Shown: in pieces, positions 1-11,825 of the stretch | How positions within the stretch are numbered: the first letter of the stretch is position 1 | Layout of the letters: every line of letters starts with the position of its first letter | Assembly (NCBI GenBank): GCA_018398765.1 | Contig: JAHBMJ010000210.1 | Coordinates: 1-53,943, forward strand | Reading direction: 5' to 3' | DNA length: 53,943 bases | DNA from: Chromera velia | Taxonomy: Eukaryota | The notes under the pieces: model-generated | Database searches by the model: none | What the model saw: only the letters and a program-made list of their open reading frames with translations | What the model was told of the DNA's origin: nothing | Made by a program: the position numbers and the translations under genes

Positions 1-775
1 CGTAGTATTGTGAGGCGAGGCACGGGGCCGGCCAACCCCGGGCTGAGCCGAACTGGCGCGCCCTACCGCCGTTGGGACCCACACGGCTCACAGCACACGT
101 ACGCAGGCTCATGGAGGCGCCGCCATGGCAGTCTGTATTGGAAGAGAAATAATATGCAGACGGGAGTAATTAACGTACGACAAATAGAATTAAATAGAAA
201 AGCATGCATTTGTCCTATCAGACGTTGACTGTAAGAAAGCAACCGCACTGTCAGTTCTTCCGTAAGTAGGATGAGTCAAGTCTCTGAACTAAGCTAGAAC
301 TAGCTTAGGAGGTGGGGAACCAAGCTTCCCTACGGTATCTAACTATAATCTAAGTTTTTCTTCAGAGTCATCCCTTACTAATTTAGTTATATAAAAAAGG
401 AAACGTAAAAAAACTAATATGAATGTGCTTTTTACTAAGCTTCTACTATTACCTTTCTAGCTACGTTTTTTACAAACTTATACAAACCGCCAGTATTCAT
501 TGTACTATTCAAACTATATCCAGAGTTTAAATTACTAAGGAGTCTAGATAGTAAGAAGTTTGTTAACCTTTGTTTGCAATGAACTTTGCATGCCAGTGTA
601 CGTTAAAAGTTGCGTCAAAAGCGGCATTCTGCTCTTCACACAGCATGTCTCGGGCCTCTCGGCAACTTCCTACATTGAGCTTCTCTGATCGTCGCTCTTC
701 GGAGCCTCTTCCCTCTCTTTCTTCCCCAGTCTGACTTGATGTCTCTTTCTCTTTATTTCCATTCCTTCCCATTTA

Positions 776-3573
776 TCACTCAGGCCTTTCAGTGTCTCTC
801 TCACCGGCTCTTGCTCCTTCTCCCTCATGCTCCGCTTCTTTCTCTTCACGAAGGGTGGGCATATAGGCGTCCAAGCCTTTCTTTCTCTCCTCCCAATACT
901 TCGCAATCAAGTCCGCTGTGTTGCTTTCTTTGCAACCAAACCGCAGACCTCCCTCGGCAGACTGATCGGCACACCGGTCGCGTGGGCGGTTGGAGGACGA
1001 AGAGACAATGCATCGGGGGGGAGGGGGGGGAAGGACCGCAGCAGAATTGTAGGCGGGCTGGTGCGAAGATGAGGACATACGGGGAACCGGTGGGGCAGCC
1101 AAAATGACATTCTTTGTAGAGCCTGTGAGACCAACCGAGGGGGCGGTATGTTTTGTTAGCTCCGCGGGTCGGCTGGTGGTTTCAGTCTCACCAAACGTAC
1201 TGGGTGCTCTACTTTGTTCGACCGCATCCGTTTCCTTTTTCTCATTCTCTTGTTCCTGATTTTCATCAGACGCCCTCTCGCCGACCCCTTCCGCAGCAAC
1301 AGGAGGGGACGAAAGGGACGACCCCCAGGCTTCCAAAGACGACTCCGAGCCCTCTTCGTCTTCCTCTCCATCATCGATACGAAATCCTAGGCCAAACCCC
1401 CCACCATCCCTTCTCCCTGCTACTGGGGACCTAGCAAATCTTTTCCTAGGACGGGGTGCTGCCTCCTCGCCCCTCCCTCCAAACTCCACATCGACCTCCA
1501 CGATCTGAGAAGAAGAAGACGACCTCCTTTCACTAGAGGGCGTCCCGAGAGAAACAGACCAGTGCACTGACAGACGACGCTCCCCCGCTGCGCTCGCACC
1601 CGCAGAAAGCAGACTGAAGTTACCCCCCCCCAAGGCCATACCCCCCGCACAACAGGGCCCGCTGCACACCTCCCCCCCTACAGATACACCGGCCGCCCCT
1701 TCAGCAAAGCTCCTCGGGGAAGCCCCCGGAGAGTCGGGAGGCCTATTTTGCCCTTCCAATCCTGCACCAAGTCCGTCCGAGTCAAGCAAGGGAATGAAGT
1801 CAATGAAGGGAAAACTTGTTGAAGAGCTGTGATCCCGCTCAGCTACCTTGTACCGTAAAAAGGAGACAAGAGAATGGGGGGTAAAGCAGGTAGGGGGGCG
1901 GGAGAAGAGGAAGGACAAAAGAGAAAATCGAATTCCAAACGAAGGTCGAGAAATCAGTAATCACACGTTAACATTGACTATCAGCAGGCATTTAGAAGGG
2001 GAAATAAAGCTTCAAACCCACCTCTTGTGGCCTCTCCCTCTCGTCGCTCATCTGGACATGTTTTGTCAAACTGCGTTGTCAGATTCTCTCCCTCCCCCGT
2101 CACGCAGTCCACTTGTTTCTTTCCCCCCTCGTCTTTTTCGATCTCTTTCTCTGTCTGAGACCTCTCAAGATCCTCGTCAATTTGCGGGTCTTTGAACTCT
2201 TTCTTTCCCTCACTCTCAACCTCTCCTTTCTCATCCGTCTCTGCGCGCAATGAAGGGAGAGCCGCCGTGTCCATGTCCCCATCCCCCGTCGACGGCAAAC
2301 GGCCGCCTTCCACTTCCTCCGAAGCCTCCGCGGGAGGCTGTGCGGACGCAGCGCTTGGACCCTGCGAGCGGTCAGGGACAACACAGGCAGAAGAACGTGA
2401 GGCAGATGAGCACAGTGCCCAGTCATGCGCGTCCATGGGGATTTCCCCCCCTCTGGATGGTGCTGTTGCTCTGACTGCAGGCAGTTTCAGGGGAGTCACC
2501 TTCATTATCTCCCTCTCCCTCTCTCGTCCTCTACCCCCCTGCGAGACCGCAGAACAAGAACAACGCGGAGACGCGAGAGACGCCGTGCAGGTGCCTATCC
2601 TCTCCGAAGGCACACCGAGAGACGCGGGGGTGCTCTGTTTCAAAATCGACCTAGGCTTGGGCGGGAGAAGGGGGGAGAGTACTGGGGACCCGGAAACGGA
2701 CTCGAGTAGAAATCTAGGAGGGGGGTCGTAACGGGGGGTGTCGTCGTTCCTAGAGTGAACATAGCTAACAGGTCGCCTCGGAATGGAAAGAAGACTTGCA
2801 CCTGTTGCTGTTCGTACTGGAATATGTGTAGCGGTTGAGTAAAGGGGGGAATGGGGGGGAGCGTGGAGTGCCAAGCGCGGGACTGCAGACTCAGATGCGC
2901 ATGCGCGGGAGCGCTGACTTTGTGAGTGAGAAGGCGGAGCTTCAGCTTCTTCTGCCGTGTTTCCTTCACTCCATTTCCGCATCTCTATGATCTGACCTTC
3001 TGACCTCTCAGACTCTCTGTATTGCTGCAGGGAGGGAGGGAGACGCTGAATCAAAACAGGCGTGCCACATTCCTCTCCAGTCTCCTGTCTCGACTTCGTT
3101 ATCCCCCCTCTCTCTGCATCAGAGGAACAGGGCTGCACCTCGGCCGAATGCATCCATGGCGACTCTGGTGCGCTATCGGCAGCTGCAATCCCGTGTGCCT
3201 CAAAGTCCGACGGGCGCATAAGGGATAGATCAGTTGGGCCGTGGCTGAGAGATCCCTGTGTGATATGAGACTGAGCATGCCCGGTGGGTTTCCACGAGGA
3301 TTCTGCCAGAGTCGAGGGACGAGGAGACAGCGCAGAGTTGGGGAGAGATGGACCACAATCCCCCCAGGCATTCGGAGAGGATCCGGAGGGCTTTTCCAAT
3401 TCTCGGGACTGCGTTTGCTGTCTCGAACTTAGTGGCCAGCGCCGAAGGAAGAAATAACGCAAGAGGAAGAACAGAAGAGCAGCACAGACGACCACAATGA
3501 TCGGGCCGAGATAAATCCACATGGGTACATCCCCACCTGCTGTCTCGGCCCCCCGCAGGCTCCTCTCACTCAT
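776..3573 (-). CDS. Hypothetical single-pass membrane protein with long S/P/E-rich disordered tail (probably two exons: ~3573-2020 and ~1850-776)
   Basis: Two long same-strand ORFs (1981-3585, 776-1918). ATG at 3573 (MSERSL), followed by hydrophobic helix IYLGPIIVVVCAALLFFLLRYFFL and basic RR. Short pyrimidine-rich gap with a candidate gtgggt donor near 2020; splice sites not resolved. Confidence 0.55.
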
Positions 3574-4028
3574 CTTGAAGAACAAACTGTGTATGGGTAT
3601 GTATCTAATTTACTCTTGAGGGCAACAGATCAAGGGCACCACTCTGGTATATTATCGGCACCCAAAACCTCTCTTTACCAGATTGAGACCGACCAGAAGG
3701 ACGGTCGATCGTGTACTAAGCTCAGATGGACCAAGAGTTCTTCACAAAGTGGCCGTTGTGTGAGCTAGTGGTTGAACTGCCTGTCTGATTCATGGAGAGC
3801 CGGTCAATGATGGTAGCTCTATATAGAGCTAGCTAGGGCTTGACATGGCCTGTCGGCATCCGAAAGAGTACATGGAGGGCAGTTCGGCATAGTTCAGCAA
3901 GCAAAGAGGCCATTGAGGGGCCCTAAGAATTAATCTTAATTATATATATTATATATACCCTCAAGTTTAATTATATTAATATATCGATATAAAATTATAT
4001 ATAATATTAGCATCCGCCTCAGTGATGT

Positions 4029-4724
4029 GTGTGTTTTTATTGCAAGGAACTCACCGGTTGCAATATGGTTGCAATGGGGAGTGTGTCACGTGCCACATGC
4101 ATATGTACCGTCGGTACAGCGCTGAAAGACCTTCCGCATGTCCTTCCCTCTGTCTCCTCAGACTCTCCTGGTGCAATGGAGCCCTCCCTTGAAGCTTCGG
4201 AAGCGTGTAATCAGACGTCCTGTTTGAGTTCTGCATGCACAGGCCGTCCGAAATTGTCTTGGCCCGTAGAAGCAAAATTCTCATTTTTTCTCGAGCCAGC
4301 CGCCTCCGTTTGTTCCGCCCGTCTCCCTTCATCAGGTGGAAGAGTTTACACCCTCCAAGGGATGCCCGCCCCATGGTATGTGCGCCTATTTCTTCTCACA
4401 ATAACCCAGCACGGAATATACAGCACTCCCGTCAGAAAAGGCGCGGCAAGATCGGAGCGCCAGCTTCAGTATGTCGACAGAGACATGAACCCTGATCTTG
4501 CAGTCAATGCACTGCACAGCCGAAAAAAGGACCACCCAGCGCCGAGTACCGACAACTCGACCATCAATGCACTTCATTCCTTCTCCACTTCCTACAACAA
4601 GGACGCCCTATCCGGCTGGGAGAAAATGGAAACTATCGACGGTCAGCTCATTCTTCGTCGCGCATGCAGTCTCAAAATATATATGGTAGACGGACGGGCA
4701 GGAAGCCAGAGGCAGTGCAACTGA
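4029..4724 (+). CDS. Possible hypothetical coding exon(s)
   Basis: 231-aa ORF without repeat content; candidate acceptor ccttcatcag at ~4335; no recognisable motif. Confidence 0.25.
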   Translation: MCFYCKELTGCNMVAMGSVSRATCICTVGTALKDLPHVLPSVSSDSPGAMEPSLEASEACNQTSCLSSACTGRPKLSWPVEAKFSFFLEPAASVCSARLPSSGGRVYTLQGMPAPWYVRLFLLTITQHGIYSTPVRKGAARSERQLQYVDRDMNPDLAVNALHSRKKDHPAPSTDNSTINALHSFSTSYNKDALSGWEKMETIDGQLILRRACSLKIYMVDGRAGSQRQCN

Positions 4725-4866
4725 AATTATGGAGTTTCATACCATGAACAGTGTTTGACTATCATTTCGACTTGTGTGTGCAGATTCAGTTTGACCAAAA
4801 CGGCAGACCCACCCCCCGACACACATACACAAACCAAGGGAGGGAAAAGAGGAAGGAAATAGGGAC

Positions 4867-4923
4867 ATACATACATACATACATACATATATGAATACAC
4901 ACATACATACGTACATACATACA

Positions 4924-5010
<87 letters not shown>

Positions 5011-5071
5011 TGACACACACACACACATACACACACATACACACACATACACACACATACACACACATACA

Positions 5072-5111
<40 letters not shown>

Positions 5112-5122
5112 ACACACACACC

Positions 5123-5193
<71 letters not shown>
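4867..5193. repeat. Compound microsatellite (CATA)n-(CT)n-(GT)n-(CA/CACATA)n-(GA)n
   Basis: Directly visible; explains the spurious CVCV/HTHT/ERER ORFs. Confidence 0.95.
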
Positions 5194-5249
5194 CATGGCT
5201 CCACAAAGCTGCACACGGTGTCGGATGCATACTGAACGATGACACACGG

Positions 5250-7180
5250 TTTATTCCCTCCCTCCTCTGGTTCTCTGCTTCCTTCTTTGATCTTGGTAAG
5301 AGCCCCGCTCAGACGTTTTGGAAGATCGTTGAATGGTTCCTGTTTCTTTTCATTCTCCATTATTCCTTCAATGGCTCAATGGTCTTCCTGCAGGTGAACA
5401 GGTTGCTGTCGTCCTGTCTACCGTCTCCTCTGACAAGAAAGACGATAAAACGTCAGGTTTCTCGCCCCCGTCATTTTCTTCTGGGGGGACCACAAAGGCC
5501 TCCACCCACCTGAGAGGATCTGCAAGGGGACAGAGGGAAACTGAATTAAGTTTGGAATTTTCTTTGTCTCCTTCTGCTTCACACCCCTTGATGCCCATGT
5601 TTCTGCACTATAACAGCACTGACTCAGAAGAACAGGACTCCATGGAGGTCGGCCGTCCCCTTCAGTCGTCGAAGTTGTCGTTGGAGAAGGAACAGGGGGC
5701 GATACGCAGAGCTTTTGGGGTCAGCTTGTTTCGATCCCCTCGCATCTCTCTCTCTCTGCCGCCTTTGATCCTTCCTCTTCAATAAAACCCTCAAAAGGAC
5801 TGCCAGCCCATTCTGCTGCTATGTAGTGTATGCTTTCTTTGATGCACGCTCGCTCTCTTTTGATCTCTGCCCCGTACTCCCTGACGTGAAATCTTGTGTC
5901 TGTCGTTCTGTTTGTGTAGAAAAAAGAAACATAGAGTTTGTGCCTGCCTGTCTGTCTGTCTGTCTGTCTGTCTGTCTGGCTGTCTGCCTGGCTGGCTGGC
6001 TGCAGGTCCCCTGCCCCCTTTGTCTTTGTTGCTTTCTTTCTTTTCGTCTGTTGTGTACATGAAGAAAAGAAGGGAGAAGAAGAAACATATAGCCTGACTG
6101 TCTGCAGGTCCGTATTACAAACAGTTTCGTGTCGGGTAACTTGAACGAAAAGCAGTTCTCTCTCAACCGGCTCAGGCAGTCTGTCCTTCACTCCGTCCGG
6201 GCTTTCGTGAATGTGAGGCCGCAGTCGGCCCTGCACGGTCAGGTAGTCGCGTCGTGCGTCGCGTGTGCGTGCGTCAATGCGAGGGAATCTCGGTGCGATG
6301 ATCTGTGGGCTGCCGTCCCGCTGTCGTCTCCGTGCGGAGATTTGGAGCTTCGAGATGTTCCCCCTCAGATGCGGGAAGACGGGAGGGTTCTGTACGCCTG
6401 TGTAGGTGCGGAAGGGGGAGGGGGCAAAGACGCAAGCTCATTCCACGTTCAGGGCAGTGGCTTTCAAGTTCTTGCGATCAACGGAGAACGCTGAGGTCAG
6501 AAGAAGAATCGCAGGATAAAAATCGAAAAGTCTTCCTTGTTGTGACTCACAGCAATCATGTCCAAAAGTTGCACTTGGTCTTCTTTCGGCGTTGTTGATT
6601 ACTTCCAGGTTTTCGCCTACATGGGAGAGTGTCTGGAAGTCAGCCAGGCGGTCTCTGATAGGCTGAACTGTCTGCGGTGTTCGTGTGCGTCTGCGGTGTG
6701 TGTGCATGCGTGCGTGTGTGTGCGTGTGTGTGTGTGTGTGCGTGCAAGAGTGGGAAGGGGAGTGTGATTGTGTGAGAGATTGTATGTGTGTGGGCATGGA
6801 CAGCATCCGTGAATACATCGATCCAGATTTTGAGATAGACACAATGACAGATGCAAACGTACACGATCCAGCAGTTGCATGCATGTGTCCTTCCTTCGCC
6901 GGAAGAGCTGAGGAGATGGACGGTCGCGAGAGACGGGTGGGTGTCTGACGACGTTTCCCTTTCTTTCTCTTTTCTGTTCCTCCACAGAGTAACTCTCTAA
7001 TTGTGTTGCTTGTGCCTGCCATCCGCACAGAAGGGCCCCTACCGCCACCCTCTGAACATCCCCCAGGGGCGCAACGCGACAGTTGGCGGTGACGCGCACA
7101 CCGGGGGGGAGTGGTTTCTTTCTGGAGTGCGGCATTGATGGACCTTCACTCCTCCCTGAGGGCGGGATGCTAAGGACCAT
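5250..7180 (-). pseudogene. Possible multi-exon gene or gene remnant of unknown function
   Basis: GC-rich blocks (about 7180-7020, 6670-6545, 6400-6100, 5520-5390) bounded by cag acceptors and gtgagt/gtcagg donors and separated by microsatellite tracts; I could not join them into one clean frame. Confidence 0.25.
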
Positions 7181-7654
7181 CTGAGTCAGATGCACAGACA
7201 GAGACAGAGACAGAGAGGGTCTGTGTGGGTGAATGCAGTCATGGGACTATCCTTTCTCGCGTCTGTCTGTCAGTGTCTTCTTTGAGGGAGTCTGCGTGGG
7301 GAAAGAGTCTTTTTTTAAAGTTGTGAAGGGCTCGTATACGATAATTGCCCTCTCCTGAGAGTTGTATGCATGCATCGGTTCGTTTTGTGGAATGCATTTC
7401 CAGTGTCGATGAACTTTTGTTTTTTTGTCGTCTCGTCTCGTCTCTGCTCTTCCTTCCTGTTGTTTCTTTCGGGTTCTTGTTCCAAAGAGACAAGAACAAA
7501 AAGGCAAACAGAAAAGATGAATGAGCGCATCGCCTTCATTTCTTTGGGGATTTGTGTGTCTGCTTAACATGCTCTGCCTGCGTCGTTAAATACCAACAGA
7601 GTAAGGTTACGTTGTTTTTGTGGAAGAGACAGAGACAGAAGTAAGGGTTCCTTC

Positions 7655-7689
<35 letters not shown>

Positions 7690-8056
7690 CTTTCTTCCCT
7701 TCTTTCGTTCAAAGAAGCGATGAAGAGAAGCCAGACACAGATGCATTTGCGGAACTTGTGAGTTGTTTGAACTTCGTGGGCAGACGGACGACGCTCTCTG
7801 TCTGCAGAAAAAAGAAGGTGAAGACGCGAATCATGCATGAGAAACACTCGACTCGTTTGAAAAAGAAAGAGACATACAAGCTCTTATTCCGACGAATGGT
7901 CTCCGTCTAAAGATCGAAATGAATGATGTTCCGATGAAGCGAGGGAAGGAGGGAGAGAAACGAGAGGCTGAAGTGCGACAAACACAGAAGGCCTTGGGGC
8001 AGAGGCAAAGACCGACACAAACAGCAGAGACGCTCTCTGTTCTTGTGCCTCAATTC

Positions 8057-8147
<91 letters not shown>

Positions 8148-8798
8148 ACGTCTTTTTGTACGAACGGCTATACACCCGTCGTGCATGAATGCCACTGTGA
8201 AGCAGTCAGCCAGGCAGTCTTAAGTGACTGCCGAAGCATCATGGACCTTCTTTTGTTTTAGTTGTGTGCATGCACAATCTTCTGATCCCGCACTAATGGG
8301 ACTGTCAGATATATTGGCGGGGTGGTGTGATGCTGCCGACGCAGATCTCACAAGCAGCTCTCACGGCAACAGACTGACGTGCGGCGAGGTGAGAGCGAGG
8401 CAGCGATACCTGCGCGTCACTTAGTGCATTGCCTGATTATGCTGAACATGAGTACGAGAAGTCTCAAGTGATTGCATTTTTCCTTTGTTTTGAACATGCT
8501 TTAGCAGGCAGACATACCGTGATAAATACGTATCGGCCGTGCATTAGTTCTTTCATCCAAGTGTATCTTTTTTTTAAGGGAAAAAAAAATTTAAAAAAAT
8601 GTTACAGCTGTACTATAGCCGCTAGTATAGCGGTTAAAGAGTGGATCAATTGATTCATTTGGGTTGATGATGATTTGATCTACTAGGACTTGTCAAGTCT
8701 GGTATCTATTGATAGAAAGATATATAACTATAGTTTATAGAATTACATGTTGTTAGAATTGCTGTTTGATCGTCGAAACACATAAAATCGATTGAACC

Positions 8799-9017
8799 AG
8801 CGACTCAGATTCAAATCCTCAACAGTTTTAAAAAAATATTTCATCCATACCTAGATCCATACATGATAAAAAATTGTTGATTAATTGATTGGTGTGTTCC
8901 ACCTATAACTAGCGACTCAGATTCAAATCCTAATCAGTTTTAAAAAAATATGTCATCCATACATGGTAAAAAATTGTTGATTGATTGATTGGACCGTCAG
9001 ATTGGTATGTTCCGCCT
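8799..9017. repeat. ~112-bp imperfect tandem duplication in AT-rich flank
   Basis: agcgactcagattcaaatcct...aaaaattgttgatt(a/g)attgattgg starts at 8799 and again at 8911. Confidence 0.85.
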
Positions 9018-9155
9018 TAGAGCTTTCGCTCTCTATCGATTTGTTAATTGCCAGAGCCGCTAGCAGGTAAAAAAATAAGCAAGACTACTTATGCATGAGC
9101 CGGCTCCACGAGCTAGCCTACCAGCCTGAGGAATCTGATATTGTACCAATCATAT

Positions 9156-9618
9156 TGTTAAGGTCTACTTAGAGGGGTTAGCGCTAGTGAGTGCTTGCAG
9201 AGGTTCAGGGGTCTTCAGGGCTTGATGTCGCTGGAGCGGTTCAGGTCGATCCCTAGTGACAGACTCGATCGATGTTAGGAGCATGGAGCTTTCTTGCGAT
9301 TCAGCGATCAATCTGATTTCACAGTAGTCTTCTAGAAAGTCTTTCAGAAGTCTTTCATATGATTTCAATCAAAATGCGACAGGCCAAAATCTGTATAGTA
9401 CAGGACGTTAACGTCCCGTCTCTTTTCTTGTTGATCCTTAAAAAGGCAGGTAGCGAGGATTGAACCTATGATCTTCTGTTTGTTAATGTTGTATGTTGAC
9501 CACTAAGTCATGAACATAAGCGACACACACCATTCTCTTTTGCTTAGCACTATTTTCGATTAAGTCAATTTATTTAATTCTCATTTTTTTTCTAGTCACG
9601 CTTTGATAGCGCATAGCA
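9156..9618 (-). repeat. 3' LTR
   Basis: tgttaaggtc...gcgcatagca; 14 substitutions and no indels versus 30080-30542 by manual alignment (~97% identity). Confidence 0.97.
9440..9517 (-). pseudogene. Decayed tRNA-Val(AAC)-derived Pol III cassette inside 3' LTR
   Basis: Minus strand: A-box TGACTTAGTGG (9510-9500), TT-AAC-A at anticodon position (AAC 9484-9482), AAGATC variable loop, B-box GGTTCAATCC (9466-9457), TTTTT (9444-9440). T8-to-G53 spacing is 45 nt; stems are broken. Confidence 0.7.
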
Positions 9619-9631
9619 TTCGCCCCTTTCT
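9619..9631 (-). promoter_or_regulatory. Polypurine tract (PPT)
   Basis: Minus strand AGAAAGGGGCGAA directly abuts the TG of the 3' LTR. Confidence 0.9.
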
Positions 9632-10219
9632 AAGATTGAGATTCCACGCTCGATTCATACATGATGTAATCATATAGCATTCGCTCCTTTCTAGGCAATT
9701 AATATTATATACAGTTCAGTACGGTCGTTAAAAAAAAAATTTTAACATTCCTGATGCTTCACCGATTCTTAAGGTTGTGTTTTTTTTTCTTCTCTTTTTT
9801 TTTTTTGTACTTCAAGGACTGTTTCAGATCGTGTGTTCTTATGACCATTTTTTTTTTTTCAGCACCGCATGTATGTAGTAATACCGTAACGTACTCATAG
9901 ACACTCTTGCACATTGGTTATGCATATGCACACACCATATATAATTCACGCACTGACACATGGACTTCACAGACTCATCGAACGGATTAATCGAGCTAAA
10001 TTATGAGGGAAGCCGCACATTTAATCCAATCAACGATCCACACATCGTTGGAGCATCGCAGCACATCATCACAGAGCAATACTCAGAGCAACATCGCGAT
10101 GCATGTTTCATCGTACCTCATCGCAACGCATGCATGCATCATTGCAATACCTTAATTATGAGCGCGCGCGGCCCCGCAAAGCACTCGAGATCGCGCGACC
10201 ACGAGGGAGAAAAAAAACT

Positions 10220-10765
10220 TCACTGTCTGGCGCGCCTAATTTTCTCCATCGTAACCTTCACCTTGGTCACCGCCCAGGTTCGAGAGTCCACTGGGTATCG
10301 GATGCATCTGTACGCGGGGTTCTTCCTCCTCTGAACTTTGTCCTTGATGCTCTCCACGAGTCTCTCTCTTCCCTTGATTACTCTGTTTGCTTTTTTCTGG
10401 GCCGCCACTTCCTCTTGTTTGATATCTTCCTGCTTGATGACATGCGGGAGCACGTCAGGATTGATGTCAGGTTGCTGGAAGACTGGATGAGGAGACTGCG
10501 GGGCGAAGGGGTTGTATTGGTGAGTCTCCTCTTTCTCGGTCTCGCTTTTTATCGTTGTGGTTAGTGTGGTGACCTCTGAGAGGTTCTCTCTCCATGCTGT
10601 GGCTCCTTCCTCAGCTTGGGTATCTATGTTCATAGCGGCTTGGATATGTGTTTTCGCTTGGGAGGAGAAGGAGTGTGGGATCGGCATCTGGTTCGGATAG
10701 TCAGGGTACGGGGTAGGGTAGGTGCTGGGACCGTTGTTTGCGAATATGTTGGCTTTTGTTTCCAT
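10220..10765 (-). CDS. Extra sense ORF (181 aa) in the 3' internal region of the LTR element, unknown function
   Basis: ATG-initiated METKANIF...; P/Q/E-rich N-terminus and basic C-terminus; no signal peptide or TM helix; lies between pol and the PPT. Confidence 0.55.
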   Translation of the reverse strand: METKANIFANNGPSTYPTPYPDYPNQMPIPHSFSSQAKTHIQAAMNIDTQAEEGATAWRENLSEVTTLTTTIKSETEKEETHQYNPFAPQSPHPVFQQPDINPDVLPHVIKQEDIKQEEVAAQKKANRVIKGRERLVESIKDKVQRRKNPAYRCIRYPVDSRTWAVTKVKVTMEKIRRARQ

Positions 10766-11825
10766 AGATGTAAGAGTTTCTTAAAGAGGGAAGTGGTTAT
10801 GATCAGGCTTAAGAGGATTTGGATTTCAGCTGGTTCAACTTGATCACAGTGATTGAAGAGTGGAGTTTGAAAAAAGTTACCAAAAGTTTCGAAGAGGGTC
10901 GATCGAGATGTCGGGCTTGCAATTTCTTTGTGGAGAAATTTTTGGTCGATTGATTTGGCCGGCTGTCGGCCGAACATACGTGTCTGTGCATGTCTCTTAT
11001 TCGGCTTTCAACCGATTTCGGTCGAAAAGAATCGGTTTTTGGACGGGGAAAGGCCTTTCTTTTCCGATTTTTCGCCTCCTTAACGTGTTTCTTTCGGCCG
11101 CTTGCCGGTCGCTTCTCGGCCGATCTCCGGCCAAATTTTTGTTTTGCTGTCGTCCCCTATAGCAAGCTCTTGACATCTTTCACAGCTCAGCTTGAGATTC
11201 AGTATCGCTTGTGCCGATTGCTCGGTATCTCCCCCCCCCCTCCTTTATCTTTGAGTTACTCTCTGGTGTCAACTCTTGTCATAAGTCTTGCAGATACTAC
11301 TCTGAGTCTTCCCATTCTGGTGTAACTCTTGTTTATCGCGGTCAGTCACTGCTTTACTGTTGTTTGACGTGTGGTCATGCCTTTTTCTATTCTCCAGTAG
11401 TGTCGCTGTACTCTGTAGTGAGTCTCTTCTACCTCGGTGCACCCTTTCACTCCAGGTCAGGTCAAAGAGTGAGGTCGGTCCATGATATGCCAATCCTACC
11501 GTATCTTTTATGATGATTAAGCTGCTGTTATCTGGTTGCATACTCGTCTCTTCTCTGACTCATCCTTGTGTTGCTCCCTCTTTCTATTTGCATCTTACTG
11601 GTTTACATCTCTGTGGACTGGATCCGACATTCGAGTCCTCCTTCATGATCCATGATGTCATTGATACATCGATCTTTATCGTTGAGTCCTTCTACTACGA
11701 GTCGATCGTATGTATGCAACATGTGTCTCCATATCTCCATCGTCCTCTCGCCGTTCCAGCACGTCTCCTCCGTTCTCTTCCCCATCCATTCTCGGCATCA
11801 CATTGATCATCCACCGTGCTTTCTT

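Noticed and set aside
1..228. Short ORFs at the window start
   Set aside because: GC-rich fragment that may belong to an upstream gene, but there is no motif or splice evidence to call.
4727..8261. Many ORFs with CVCV/HTHT/ERER/LSVC runs (and similar ones elsewhere)
   Set aside because: Translations of stop-free microsatellites.
9440..9517. Functional tRNA-Val gene
   Set aside because: Acceptor, D, anticodon and T stems do not pair; reported only as a tRNA-derived cassette.
10220..10765. env gene
   Set aside because: No signal peptide, cleavage site/fusion peptide or transmembrane anchor.
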